Shown piece by piece: positions 39,294 through 49,383 of a stretch of 64,000 bases of DNA; position 1 is the stretch's first letter; the number at the start of each line of letters is the position of its first letter. The notes beneath the pieces are model-generated. The model had not been told where the DNA came from, searched no databases, and saw only the letters and a program-made list of their open reading frames with translations. The DNA lies in contig CP147778.1 of the NCBI GenBank assembly GCA_037305845.1, forward strand, positions 1,408,001 through 1,472,000. The letters are read 5' to 3'. Made by a program: the position numbers and the translations under genes. This stretch comes from Candidatus Freyarchaeum deiterrae. GTDB lineage: Archaea > Asgardarchaeota > Jordiarchaeia > Jordiarchaeales > Jordiarchaeaceae.

Positions 39294-39737
39294 AAATAAA
39301 TTTATTTATTAAATAAAACCAAATCGCTTTTCATTAAGCTAAATAATGTTTTTTTGAGACTTGAGGATAGCATGGGAGGGGAGAGGAGCCAGGAAAACTC
39401 TAAAAATAGAAGGGGTGGATGCGGTTCACACAACCCTGGCTCCTGAATAAACCCTGAACCAAACTCGTTGGAGGGGATACAATTAATATCCAAAGTCGAC
39501 TTAAAAACTCCACTACGCGTAAAGTGTAATTATAAAATTCTTTAGCTTTCATTACACATGACACAGGCTATAGACCAAACAACAACTTCTTAATTATAGA
39601 AATGCATAAAAATTAGGCTTCAAAGTCTTAGATTACTGATAATACATCAAAAACTATAAGTTAGTTGTAATCAATTTAACAATTTCAATGAGAATTTACC
39701 ACTTCTAAAAATGGAATAAAAATTACAAAAATGGGTA

Positions 39738-40205
39738 GTGAGTAAAATGGGAGAATCTGAAAATGAGAATAAAGGCGAGTTCTTTGGAGGAGAACTCTTG
39801 AACTTTTTAGAAAAAAATGAGCAAAAAGTCATCGAATACTTGGATAACATAGCTCAGGAAAGTAAAGTTGTAAGAAGCAGTATACTAAAATTCATTTGCC
39901 ATAGGAAACCCGAATTGGGGCAACGTTTAATACAACACCTTATCCAAAAACATCAAGAAAAACTGGAAATAATTTATATTCACGACGGTATAGAAGAAAT
40001 TTTCACCAAAAACCCTAAACTATTCTTCGACTTAGTAGAGGAACATATAGATAGCCCGACTAAATGGAGACAAAAACTAGTAACAGATCTGCTGGAAATA
40101 ATATCGGAAACTGTGTTAAAGTTTGACAAGGAAATAGAAGAAAAAGAAAGGAAGGAAACCTTATCTGGACTTACCAAGATGATAAACTTGTTAGGATTAC
40201 GATAA
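39738..40205 (+). CDS. Hypothetical helical protein
   Basis: 155-aa ORF, no recognised motif. Confidence 0.65.
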   Translation: MSKMGESENENKGEFFGGELLNFLEKNEQKVIEYLDNIAQESKVVRSSILKFICHRKPELGQRLIQHLIQKHQEKLEIIYIHDGIEEIFTKNPKLFFDLVEEHIDSPTKWRQKLVTDLLEIISETVLKFDKEIEEKERKETLSGLTKMINLLGLR

Positions 40206-40444
40206 TGATTCTTGGGAAATCAGCTTATGAAAATAAAGTGATTTTACAACATGTTAGGGTACATTTGTTTTATCTTTTTATACATAGATAATGTTTAAAT
40301 ATTAAAAATATTTTATATAGTCTAGGCTGGGCTAACGTGGTGAGGTGAACTATTACCTAGATCGTAGTATGGGTCTCAGTTTCTAGGAATAGGGATTGAA
40401 TCAAATCAAATAGCCTTCATTCATTAAACGTATAATATTATGGT

Positions 40445-41329
40445 ATGGGTGGTGTTGTATTGAAAACATTTAGCGCCAGAAAGGAAGCTATTGAGAGAAA
40501 TGTTTTAGAAAAGAGAGATGAGTTGCCTTTTACTGCTCTTGAAGACGATAAACTTCTCGGGAGGCATAGGGTAAAGGTTAACGTTTCTTGGGAAAACGAC
40601 ATTAGGGGTAAGAATAAATTAAACTTTTTTAAGGGGTTCCCGGCCAAGCTTTACATCACCGAGTCACGCTTAATCATTAGTTCTGAATTTTATTCACAGG
40701 ATAAAGTTTCTAGATTTGTAGGGCGCATACCTATAGGCTGGATGAGATATAACACAGTATACGTTGAATTAGCCATTAATAAAATTAAGAAAGCCTCCTT
40801 CACAATTTTTGGAAGTTATATAGAGTTAGATCCTCATGGGAATGTGGGCGAGACTAAAATAAACTTTTATAATCTCTCAAGAGGGGAAAGGAGACTGATT
40901 AAGGAGGATTTGGACACAGCTAGAGTTTTTAAAAGAACAGCCCCTGAATCAGGGATAGTGATTTTAGATAGGCCTATTGCAGACGCAGTAACACAGCGTT
41001 TTGCGATGCTACGCCACGAAGCTATAGTTTCAAAACCAACTTCCAAGAAACCTGAAGTGAAGAAAGCTACGAAGGTTCCAATTAAAAGAGTAAGTATGAA
41101 AGAGAATGCTGATGCCGGTACTGCGGTAGAACCCGTGCAAAGTGGTATCGAAGAAGTTAAAGAAAATGCAGAGAAGCCAAGTCTGCTCTTAGAGAACAAG
41201 CTTGAAAAAACCCCACAGGAACGCGTATTGATGACACTTCAAGCGCAGGTAACAAAATGCAGATTTTGTGGACAAGAGATACTGAGAAGTGCCAAAAAAT
41301 GTCCTAGATGTGGAGCAATCAACCTGTAA
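40445..41329 (+). CDS. Hypothetical protein: possible PH/GRAM-like domain, low-complexity linker, C-terminal zinc ribbon
   Basis: KLYITESRLII motif; C-terminal CRFCG..CPRCG. Confidence 0.72.
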   Translation: MGGVVLKTFSARKEAIERNVLEKRDELPFTALEDDKLLGRHRVKVNVSWENDIRGKNKLNFFKGFPAKLYITESRLIISSEFYSQDKVSRFVGRIPIGWMRYNTVYVELAINKIKKASFTIFGSYIELDPHGNVGETKINFYNLSRGERRLIKEDLDTARVFKRTAPESGIVILDRPIADAVTQRFAMLRHEAIVSKPTSKKPEVKKATKVPIKRVSMKENADAGTAVEPVQSGIEEVKENAEKPSLLLENKLEKTPQERVLMTLQAQVTKCRFCGQEILRSAKKCPRCGAINL

Positions 41330-41387
41330 AAGCTTAAATCTTCACCCAATTGTTGGAAGTATATTTAAACCCTTTATTATTCTTTAC

Positions 41388-42557
41388 TCATAAACTAGAT
41401 TGGGGTTGAGCCGGGGTTAATGTTATTTTCTGTTTTTCTTTTGAGATCATCTCATCGGGGAGAAGTTCGTTGTCTTTATAGACCTTGAAGTCAATGTAAC
41501 ACTCTTTGGTTTCAGAGACTTGAGGAGTGTCCCAATTTATCGCACCGTACATTCTCTGCTCTCCCTTTTGCTGGTTAAGTTGAAGTGTTTTTAGCTTGTT
41601 TTCACTATTTTCGTCTACTATTAGGACATCAACTCTTAGTTTTGTTGGTTCAACGCTCTGGAGAATTTTCACATTAAAGTTCACCTTTTCTCCTCCGGTA
41701 ATCGAAATTGGAATTTTGGGAGATTCATTTATTCTTATTTTTACAATCGGCTCGGATGATAGTTGAACCACTATTTTTAGAGCTGTGCACTGTTCGCGTT
41801 CTTGTTCTTCTTGTTTGAACTTAACGCGGGCCACTACGAAACATTCTCCTAGACTGTTTATGGGGATTATGCTTCTTGCCTGAATCGCTTCAGGCCTTCC
41901 CGGGGGAATATTTCGGGGCTCGCTGAATATCTTGATCTCTTCCCCTCCTAATGGTATAAGCAAAACCTCTACGTTAAGTGAAATCGGTTTTTCCGAGTTA
42001 TTTTTTAAATCGCAGAAATAGTCCTGTCTGTCTCCCGCAATAATTCTTTCTCCTTTAATGTGAGGGTCGGACAATTCAAGCATGTTCTTGTTACGCGAAA
42101 TAGGTACGGTAGTCTTTTTTTCCGATACAGCTGTTTTACCTACTTGTAATCCTACTCTTAGACTAACTGATTTAGCTTCGGGTGGAATTTTATTAATCTC
42201 CAGAGGTAAGGGGATGAGATATTTCCCATCGCGGGAAACACTCTGGTCGAGCGTCACCTTCTTGAAAACATTTTTCTTAGAGGCAAGTTCCACTTTAAAA
42301 CGAAGATCAGTAGGATTAGGTATCTTATCTACCTTCAGCCCGATGTATGGTGCAATTTTTAATTTCTCAGCTAAGGGAGGAGAAATGTTAGTAATACCAC
42401 CCAATTTAAATATTTTTTTCAAGTTCTTTTCCGTTTTCAAACAAAATTCCCCCGAGTTAACATGTTGAATGAGTTTCATACATAAAAAGATTCTGATTTG
42501 AGCTAAAACGCGGCTTGAATATGGCGATAATCTATCTATAACAGAGTAACTCCCCAT
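41388..42557 (-). CDS. Hypothetical beta-rich protein
   Basis: 389-aa ORF with alternating strand-like patterns; start uncertain. Confidence 0.68.
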   Translation of the reverse strand: MGSYSVIDRLSPYSSRVLAQIRIFLCMKLIQHVNSGEFCLKTEKNLKKIFKLGGITNISPPLAEKLKIAPYIGLKVDKIPNPTDLRFKVELASKKNVFKKVTLDQSVSRDGKYLIPLPLEINKIPPEAKSVSLRVGLQVGKTAVSEKKTTVPISRNKNMLELSDPHIKGERIIAGDRQDYFCDLKNNSEKPISLNVEVLLIPLGGEEIKIFSEPRNIPPGRPEAIQARSIIPINSLGECFVVARVKFKQEEQEREQCTALKIVVQLSSEPIVKIRINESPKIPISITGGEKVNFNVKILQSVEPTKLRVDVLIVDENSENKLKTLQLNQQKGEQRMYGAINWDTPQVSETKECYIDFKVYKDNELLPDEMISKEKQKITLTPAQPQSSL

Positions 42558-42722
42558 ATTCTAGTTGTAGTAGTTTTATAACCGTTAATTAGCTAAAGAT
42601 AACACAACCTTGCGGGCTCATCTTTAAATAATATATGGTAGAATCTTATATATGCTTCCTTCGGGAAGAAGAATTAATTAGGCAAATTTATTTCTCTATT
42701 AGGAAGTAATGGAGGAAACAAA

Positions 42723-43208
42723 ATGTCAGAAACCGAACGACCAAAATTAGCAAATCTAGTATCTGTAATTTTTATAATCGCAGCCATAGGCATAATACTA
42801 CTGGGGTACATTTTCTTCCTCAAACCACTATCGTCCGGACCATCAACGAGCTCTTTTTCATCGTTCTCATTTTTACTCGGGACGCCTGAAGGTATTCTCA
42901 CGTTTTTCTCAGGGATATACATTCCAAAGGTACTTTCGATACAAATGAGTGCAAGTAACTATACTTTAATGTACGTATTCGTCATAATATTGGCAGTTAT
43001 ATTAGTTGTTTCAGCTTTCGGATTCGCTTACAGAAAGAAATGGGGATACTATCTTGCCATCATCAGCTCAATTATCCTAATCGCAACTCCATTTCTCGGA
43101 TACATACTAGGTTTTCCAATTATCTACATTGTAGGCGGCGTGGTTCTTCTTGTACTAGGAATAATCTTCATTCTGTATCTAAGAGGGGATGTAAAGAAAG
43201 AATTCTAG
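42723..43208 (+). CDS. Hypothetical membrane protein
   Basis: About four hydrophobic segments, GGAGG SD, C-terminal LRGDVKKEF. Confidence 0.75.
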   Translation: MSETERPKLANLVSVIFIIAAIGIILLGYIFFLKPLSSGPSTSSFSSFSFLLGTPEGILTFFSGIYIPKVLSIQMSASNYTLMYVFVIILAVILVVSAFGFAYRKKWGYYLAIISSIILIATPFLGYILGFPIIYIVGGVVLLVLGIIFILYLRGDVKKEF

Positions 43209-43544
43209 TGAAAAGACTCAGTTAATAAATCTCAGAGAAAGAAGCATTAAAAATAGACATTGCTAATATCTTAATCACCCTCTATTTTTATTTATAAACC
43301 ATTAAAACCGAACGAGAAATTAATAGGACATATGATCTGCCCATAAAATAAGTCACGTATAATAGTTAAAGGAGTAATGTATAAAAATTAAAAGACATCA
43401 GCTTGTTCCCTAGATTATTTTTCTAAAAATTATATCTGTAAATCAAATCCTCAAAAAAATAGAGTAAGAGGGCTTCCACCACACAAGCTATCCCAAAACG
43501 TCCTAAACTTGTTCTAAATAGAAAGCTCTACCTAATTGGGAATA

Positions 43545-45031
43545 TTACCCCTTTACAACACCAAGAGGACGCAAACGTGCAACCATAGACGCTATCCCCG
43601 CATCATGCGAAGCTTGCACCACTTCATCAACATTCTTGTAAGCCTCTGGGGCTTCCTCACTCACAACTTGAGCACTAGCCGCCCTAACAAAAATCCCCTT
43701 CGACAAGAGTTTGCTTTTCACACCCTCACCTGAAAAGCTCTTAATCGCCTGAGTCCTACTCATCACACGGCCGGCACCATGTGCGGTGGAGCCGAAACTA
43801 AGCTCCATTGCTTCTTTTCGTCCTCTAAGTATGTAGCTGGCGGTTCCCATGGTTCCAGGTATTATCACCGGCTGACCTATGCTTCTATATTTTTGTGGAA
43901 CTTCTGGATGGTCTGGCGGAAAGGCGCGTGTGGCTCCTTTTCTGTGTACATAAACAGAGTGAGTCTCACCGTTAACCTTGTGCTTTTCTATCTTTGCTAT
44001 GTTATGCGCCACATCGTAAATCAGATGCATATCAAGATCTTCAGCTGACCTTCCAAATACGTTTTGAAAGGATTCTCGTATCCAGTGTGTTATACTCTGT
44101 CTATTTGCCCAGGCGAAATTCGCGGAGGCAGCCATAGCCGCTAAGTAGTCTTGTCCCTCAGGACTGTTTCCAGGAGCGGCTGCTAGTTCTCTATCGGGTA
44201 AATTAATTCCGTATTTTCTTGAGGCGTTTTCCATGATTCGTAGATAGTCAGAGCAGACTTGATGTCCTAGACCCCGTGAACCCGTGTGAACCATTACGGT
44301 AACCTGATTCTCACTTAATCCTAAGACCTTGGCTGCGTCTTGATCAAAAATTTTCTCTACGTATTGAATCTCGAGAAAATGATTACCTGCCCCTAATGTT
44401 CCCACTTGGGCAACCCCTCTCTCCTTTGCTTTGCTTGACACTTTTGAAGTGTTCGCTCCCTCCAATTTTCCATTCGCTTCGCAGTTTAAAGCGTCCTCTT
44501 CCCATCCGAAACCGTTTTTAATAGACCAGCTAACGCCCTCGGAAAGAATTCCGTCCAAGTCTCTAGCTGAGAGTTTAATTTTTCTCTTAGATCCCAAACC
44601 ACTAGGCACATTATCAAACATTTCTTTTGTTAACTCTTTTATCTTGGATTCAGCGTCCTTCCTCTCAAGATTGGTTTTAATCACTCTAACACCGCAATTG
44701 ATATCATACCCAACCCCGCCGGGACTTACAACTCCGTTGTCCTCAATATCAGTAGCGGCTACTCCGCCTATTGGAAAACCGTAGCCCTGATGAGCTTCCC
44801 TCAGTAGAGGACATCCTCTCCTGAATCGGGCAGGGTTACGGAGAATTTTTTTATGCCTGGCAGGCTGCATACGTTAACGGCTTGGATTAGAGTTTGATCC
44901 TTATAAATATCTTTAAGCAATACCTCGTTTGCAATAATTCTGGCTGGAACCCTCATGTAGGGTCGATAATCTTTAGGAATCTCCCAAATGTTTTTATTAA
45001 TCTGCTTAAGAGGAATATTTCTTGTACTCAA
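43545..45031 (-). CDS. rtcB: RNA-splicing ligase RtcB, join(45031-44825,44795-43545), about 485 aa after intron removal
   Basis: Exon 1 ends ..NVCSLPGI...TLPD; exon 2 begins [11 protein letters not shown] and holds [49 protein letters not shown]; GAGGTGA SD before TTG 45031. Confidence 0.92.
44796..44824 (-). other. 29-nt BHB-type mRNA intron in rtcB
   Basis: TCAGGAGAGGATGTCCTCTACTGAGGGAA; exact removal gives PD^AHQGYG; helix CCCG/AGGG, bulges AT^T and AA^G, internal hairpin CAG..AGAGG-ATGT-CCTCT..CTG. Confidence 0.85.
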
Positions 45032-45565
45032 AACAATCACCTCAGTTCAACAATAAATAAATCAATTCAGGGAGGGATATATTAGGTTAGAAATTTGACA
45101 GATTGATACTCCGCTTTGTTTAACATGGTTTATATCTGTAACTCTCTTAAAATATTAGTTGTATTTATTTTTAATGCGTATACCAAATTCCAAAGTCCAG
45201 AGAAACAGTTTATCACTATTGATTGTTCGGTGCTTCTCCGTTTTTCTTAGTAGGTATTCCTGGTTTTATATGCCACTTCAAAGAGTTGTTGTATATAAAA
45301 TTATCTAGTTTGCTCAGTAAGAAGATTAAGAATCTCTTAAAAGGGAAGTATTTTTAATTAAATCAGAGTTTTGATATTGAATAGAACCAATGACTTCAAT
45401 GAGAACCTAAGCTGAGAGCAGTTCTTAAATTGAAATTTAGGTTACTAGTATAGAACTAGCAAGCATTATTTCCATATTTTTGGGTACAAAGTAAGGAAGG
45501 TATGCGAAAAATTGAAAACTCCAAACACACAACTTAAAACCAAAAGAAAAGAGCGGCGATGAAGT

Positions 45566-47347
45566 ATGCACCTAAGACAACCCATATGCGTAGTACTGGG
45601 ACACATAGACAGCGGAAAAACCAGCATACTGGACAAAATAAGAGGAACCGCCGTACAAAAAAGAGAAGCAAGAGGCATAACCCAACACATAGGAGCAAGC
45701 ATGCTGGACGCAGAAACCATCAAAGCCATAGGAGGAGAACTCATCAAGACATTCAACATAACACTAACCATACCAGGCATCCTGGTTATTGACACACCGG
45801 GGCACGCGAGCTTCTATAACTTGCGTCGTCGTGGTGGTGCGGTTGCTGATTTTGCTATTCTTGTGGTGGATGTTTTGAGTGGTTTTCAGGCGCAAACCTA
45901 TGAGTGTGTTGATATTTTGAAGTCGCGTAAAACTCCTTTTTTGATTGCCGCTAATAAGATTGATAGGATTAATGGTTGGGTTCCTTCGGGTTCTCTTTCG
46001 GTTCTTAAGAGTTTGGGTAGTCAACCTGATTTTGCTTTGCGTTTTTTGGATGAGCGTATTTATGAGATTATGGGTGACTTGTCACGTCTGGGTTTTCCCG
46101 CAGATCGTATTGACAGGGTGCGTGACTTTACTCGTAATATTGCCATAATTCCTACTAGCGCTGCTAATGGTGAGGGAGTTGCTGAATTATTAGTCGTTCT
46201 GGCAGGTTTGGCTCAGCAGTATTTAGCTAAACGTTTAGAGGTTAGTGAAGGCCCCGCCAGAGGAGTGGTTTTGGAGGTAAAAGAAGAGCCAGGTTTGGGT
46301 CACACTGTAGACGCAATAATTTATGATGGTATTTTGCGCAGTAATGATTCGATAGTTTTCGGTGGTTTGGGAAAGGCGGTTAGTACCTCGATTCGCGCTT
46401 TATTGTTGCCCAAGCCTTTAGATGAGATGCGCGACCCACGCCAACGTTTTGACAGCGTTGATGAAGTTGTGGCTGCTGCCGGCGTGAAAATCGTTGCTCC
46501 TGGTTTAGAAGGGGTAGTTGCAGGAGCTCCTTTACGCGTTATTGATAGTTCTTCCAGGCTTGAAGAAATTGAAAAAGAAGTTCAAGCGGATGTAGAGGCA
46601 ATACGCATTGAGACCAGTAAAAGTGGCGTTATTCTTAAGGCGGATACTTTGGGCAGTTTAGAGGCTTTAGTGAATTATTTTAGTGAACGCAAGGTTTCTG
46701 TGCGTTTAGCAGATGTGGGTGACGTAAGCAAACGCGATGTGGTTGAGGCAGCGGTGGTTGCAGATAAGGAGCCTTTTAACGCAGTAGTTTTGGCTTTTAA
46801 TGTGCGTATTTTGCCGGATGCTGAAGAAGAAGCGGAGGTTTCCGATGTCCCCATTTTTCGAAGCGATGTAATTTATGGTTTGTTTGAGGATTATGATAAG
46901 TGGGTTGCTGAGAAGAGGGAGGAAGAACGGCGGCGAGCTTTAGTGGGAGTGGTACGCCCGTTTAAGATTAAGATTTTGCCGGGCTTCATTTTTCGAAAGA
47001 GCAAGCCTGCCGTCGTAGGTGTGGAAGTTTTGGAAGGCTCAATGATCCCCAAAGTCAGACTAGTTAATGGGGATAATCGGCGCGTGGGCGAGATTATGCA
47101 GATTCAGGACGAGGGCGAAACACGACAGGTGGCACATAGGGGTACTAATGTAGCTATTAGTATTCGCGGCCCTACAGTAGGACGTCAAATTCACGAGGGC
47201 GATGTTTTGTATTCGGATATTGCAGAAGTTCAACTTGAAAAGCTCTCGCGAGAACTTGGGGAGGAGCTTAGTCCAGACGAAATGAATGTATTGAATGAAA
47301 TCAAGAAATTCAAAAGAAAGGAACTTTTTAACTTTGACGAAAGTTGA
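45566..47347 (+). CDS. infB: Translation initiation factor aIF5B (IF-2)
   Basis: RQPI..VLGHIDSGKT, GITQHIGA, DTPGH, NKID, KADTLGSLEAL. Confidence 0.96.
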   Translation: MHLRQPICVVLGHIDSGKTSILDKIRGTAVQKREARGITQHIGASMLDAETIKAIGGELIKTFNITLTIPGILVIDTPGHASFYNLRRRGGAVADFAILVVDVLSGFQAQTYECVDILKSRKTPFLIAANKIDRINGWVPSGSLSVLKSLGSQPDFALRFLDERIYEIMGDLSRLGFPADRIDRVRDFTRNIAIIPTSAANGEGVAELLVVLAGLAQQYLAKRLEVSEGPARGVVLEVKEEPGLGHTVDAIIYDGILRSNDSIVFGGLGKAVSTSIRALLLPKPLDEMRDPRQRFDSVDEVVAAAGVKIVAPGLEGVVAGAPLRVIDSSSRLEEIEKEVQADVEAIRIETSKSGVILKADTLGSLEALVNYFSERKVSVRLADVGDVSKRDVVEAAVVADKEPFNAVVLAFNVRILPDAEEEAEVSDVPIFRSDVIYGLFEDYDKWVAEKREEERRRALVGVVRPFKIKILPGFIFRKSKPAVVGVEVLEGSMIPKVRLVNGDNRRVGEIMQIQDEGETRQVAHRGTNVAISIRGPTVGRQIHEGDVLYSDIAEVQLEKLSRELGEELSPDEMNVLNEIKKFKRKELFNFDES

Positions 47348-47486
47348 TTAGAGGAGTGCCAGTTTTTGGAAGATTTTATATGATACGAGGCAATTTTGGC
47401 AGATTCGCTTAATAATATGAGAAACACTAATTGCGAATGGTTTAAAAGGAGTTCTTGTTAGTATTTTTTGTACCTATTGGAGGTTA

Positions 47487-47861
47487 TTGTTAATGCCCGG
47501 ATTTAAACTGGTTATTTCTGATCCAGAGAAAGGTCGTTCTTTGCAGATTGAGGTTGATGAAGCCAAGTCTCGTTCCTTGTTTGGTACGCGTATAGGCCAG
47601 AAGGTCGATGGTGGACCTCTGGGTTTCGGTGGGTATGAGTTTTTGATTACTGGGGGAAGTGATAAGGATGGTTTTCCAATGCGTAAGGGCATTCACGGTC
47701 CTATGAGAAAGAATATTCTTATGAGCACCGGCCCAGGTTTTCATCCTCCATACGAGGGACAGCGGAAGAGAAAGAAAGTTCGAGGGGATACTATCTCAGA
47801 GGATATGGCTCAAGTGAACATGAAGATTGTTAAAATGGGTGCTAAGAACATCTTTGAATGA
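47487..47861 (+). CDS. rps6e: 30S ribosomal protein eS6
   Basis: ITGGSDKDGFPM, G.RKRKKVRG, QVN.KIV. Confidence 0.95.
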   Translation: MLMPGFKLVISDPEKGRSLQIEVDEAKSRSLFGTRIGQKVDGGPLGFGGYEFLITGGSDKDGFPMRKGIHGPMRKNILMSTGPGFHPPYEGQRKRKKVRGDTISEDMAQVNMKIVKMGAKNIFE

Positions 47862-47945
47862 TATGATGTTTATTGACCTATTTTTCTCGAATATTGGTGC
47901 TGCTGTCTTTATTTTCCCAGAATTCTGGAATTTGGAGGTTTTCTG

Positions 47946-48461
47946 ATGAGTACATATAAGTTGGGATTAGGTTCTACAGTAGAGTTACGGTTTGCATGTG
48001 ACGCTATGCTAGGACGCCTTGCACGGTGGCTTCGTTTACTTGGCTATGATACCTTTTATTCTTCTGAAATCAAGGACGCTGAACTTTTGGAGGTTTGTTC
48101 GCAAGGAAATTGGATTCTTCTCACTCGGGATGTGGAATTTTTTAAGCAAGCAGTTTTACAAGGTTTAAGAGCAAAGTTACTACAGGAGAATTCTTTTCAG
48201 AACCAGTTCGCCGAGGTTGTGGAGAGTTTCGGGTTAAATCTAAGAATTACGCCCGAAGGTTCTCGCTGTCCGACCTGCAACGGGTTAATTCATAGTATTG
48301 ACAAAGAGGAAGTTAAGAATAAAGTTTCTGCGAATACCTTGAATTCCTACGATTCTTTTTTTATATGTTCTAACTGCGGTAAGGTATACTGGATGGGCCG
48401 GATGTGGCGATCTATAGTTAGAATTTGCGAAATGGTTAGCATGAAGTTAGGGAAAAGTTAG
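47946..48461 (+). CDS. Mut7-C RNase domain (DUF82) protein
   Basis: DAMLGRLARWLRLLGYDT, LTRD, RCP.CNG, C..CGKVYW.G. Confidence 0.9.
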   Translation: MSTYKLGLGSTVELRFACDAMLGRLARWLRLLGYDTFYSSEIKDAELLEVCSQGNWILLTRDVEFFKQAVLQGLRAKLLQENSFQNQFAEVVESFGLNLRITPEGSRCPTCNGLIHSIDKEEVKNKVSANTLNSYDSFFICSNCGKVYWMGRMWRSIVRICEMVSMKLGKS

Positions 48462-48505
48462 GTTTTTTTGAGCCAATGCATCTATTTTTTGAAAAAAAAT
48501 CGATT

Positions 48506-48663
48506 TTTTGATAATTATATTTCTCTTTATAATATAAAAGTTTTTATGAAAGATTAAATTTTTCGATATATATGATTTTCAAGTTATTACATATATTTTT
48601 ACAAGAAATATTAGATATTTTGATAATTATATTTCTTTTTATAATTTGAAAGATTTTAGGAAA
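48506..48663 (+). repeat. Imperfect ~46-bp AT-rich direct repeat x2
   Basis: TTTTGATAATTATATTTCT(C/T)TTTATAAT.. at 48506 and 48618. Confidence 0.7.
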
Positions 48664-48746
48664 AATTTTTTTATAAGTGTTGTTATGAGATTTTTGAACT
48701 AAACTTAATGTGATTTCTAGACTCTTATTCTGAGAGGAATGGTATA

Positions 48747-49361
48747 ATGACTCTTGAGGAAGGTAGATTTCTAGTTAAGCTCGCTCGTCGGGCTGCTGAG
48801 ACTTATGTTAAAGAAGACGTGAAGATTAAGGTTCCTGAAGAAACCCCAGCTAAGCTGCTTGAGAATAGTGGCGTTTTTGTGACTCTGAATACTGTTTCTA
48901 AAGGAGGAGATAAGCGGTTGCGCGGTTGTATAGGTTTCCCTCTCCCCTACCTTCCTTTGGCTCAGGCGGTCATCGAGTCAGCAATCAGCGCTGCCAGCGC
49001 AGATCCCAGATTTCCTCCCGTGGAGCCTAGTGAATTGGACGATATTGTGGTCGAGGTTACTGTTTTAACACCTCCTACTTTAATCGAAGCTAAAGAGCCT
49101 AAGGAATACCCCGACAAGATTAAAGTTGGTAAACATGGTTTGGTAGTTGAACGGGGGCCCTACAAAGGGTTGCTTCTCCCTCAGGTTCCAGTGGATTGGA
49201 ACTGGAATGAGGAAGAGTTCTTGTGTGAATGCTGTGTTAAAGCGGGGCTTCCACCCGATTCGTGGTGCGATAAGAAAACCAAAGTCTATTGTTTTCAAGG
49301 AATTATTTACGAGGAAGAAAGTCCTAATGGAGAGATAGTTGAGCGTTCATTGAAGGAGTAG
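48747..49361 (+). CDS. AMMECR1-domain protein
   Basis: GVFVTL, LRGCIG, DPRFPP, GLLLPQV, KAGL. Confidence 0.93.
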   Translation: MTLEEGRFLVKLARRAAETYVKEDVKIKVPEETPAKLLENSGVFVTLNTVSKGGDKRLRGCIGFPLPYLPLAQAVIESAISAASADPRFPPVEPSELDDIVVEVTVLTPPTLIEAKEPKEYPDKIKVGKHGLVVERGPYKGLLLPQVPVDWNWNEEEFLCECCVKAGLPPDSWCDKKTKVYCFQGIIYEEESPNGEIVERSLKE

Positions 49362-49383
49362 TTATTTACGGAGGCTTTCAGGA

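Noticed and set aside
40324-40382. Possible stem-loop RNA (GGCTGGG..CTCAGTT with inner AGGTGA/TTACCT)
   Set aside because: Pairing is modest and no family motif was recognised
43545-45040. rtcB as a frameshifted pseudogene or programmed frameshift
   Set aside because: The break is a discrete 29-nt structured insert with no slippery site, and all catalytic motifs are intact; an intron explains it exactly
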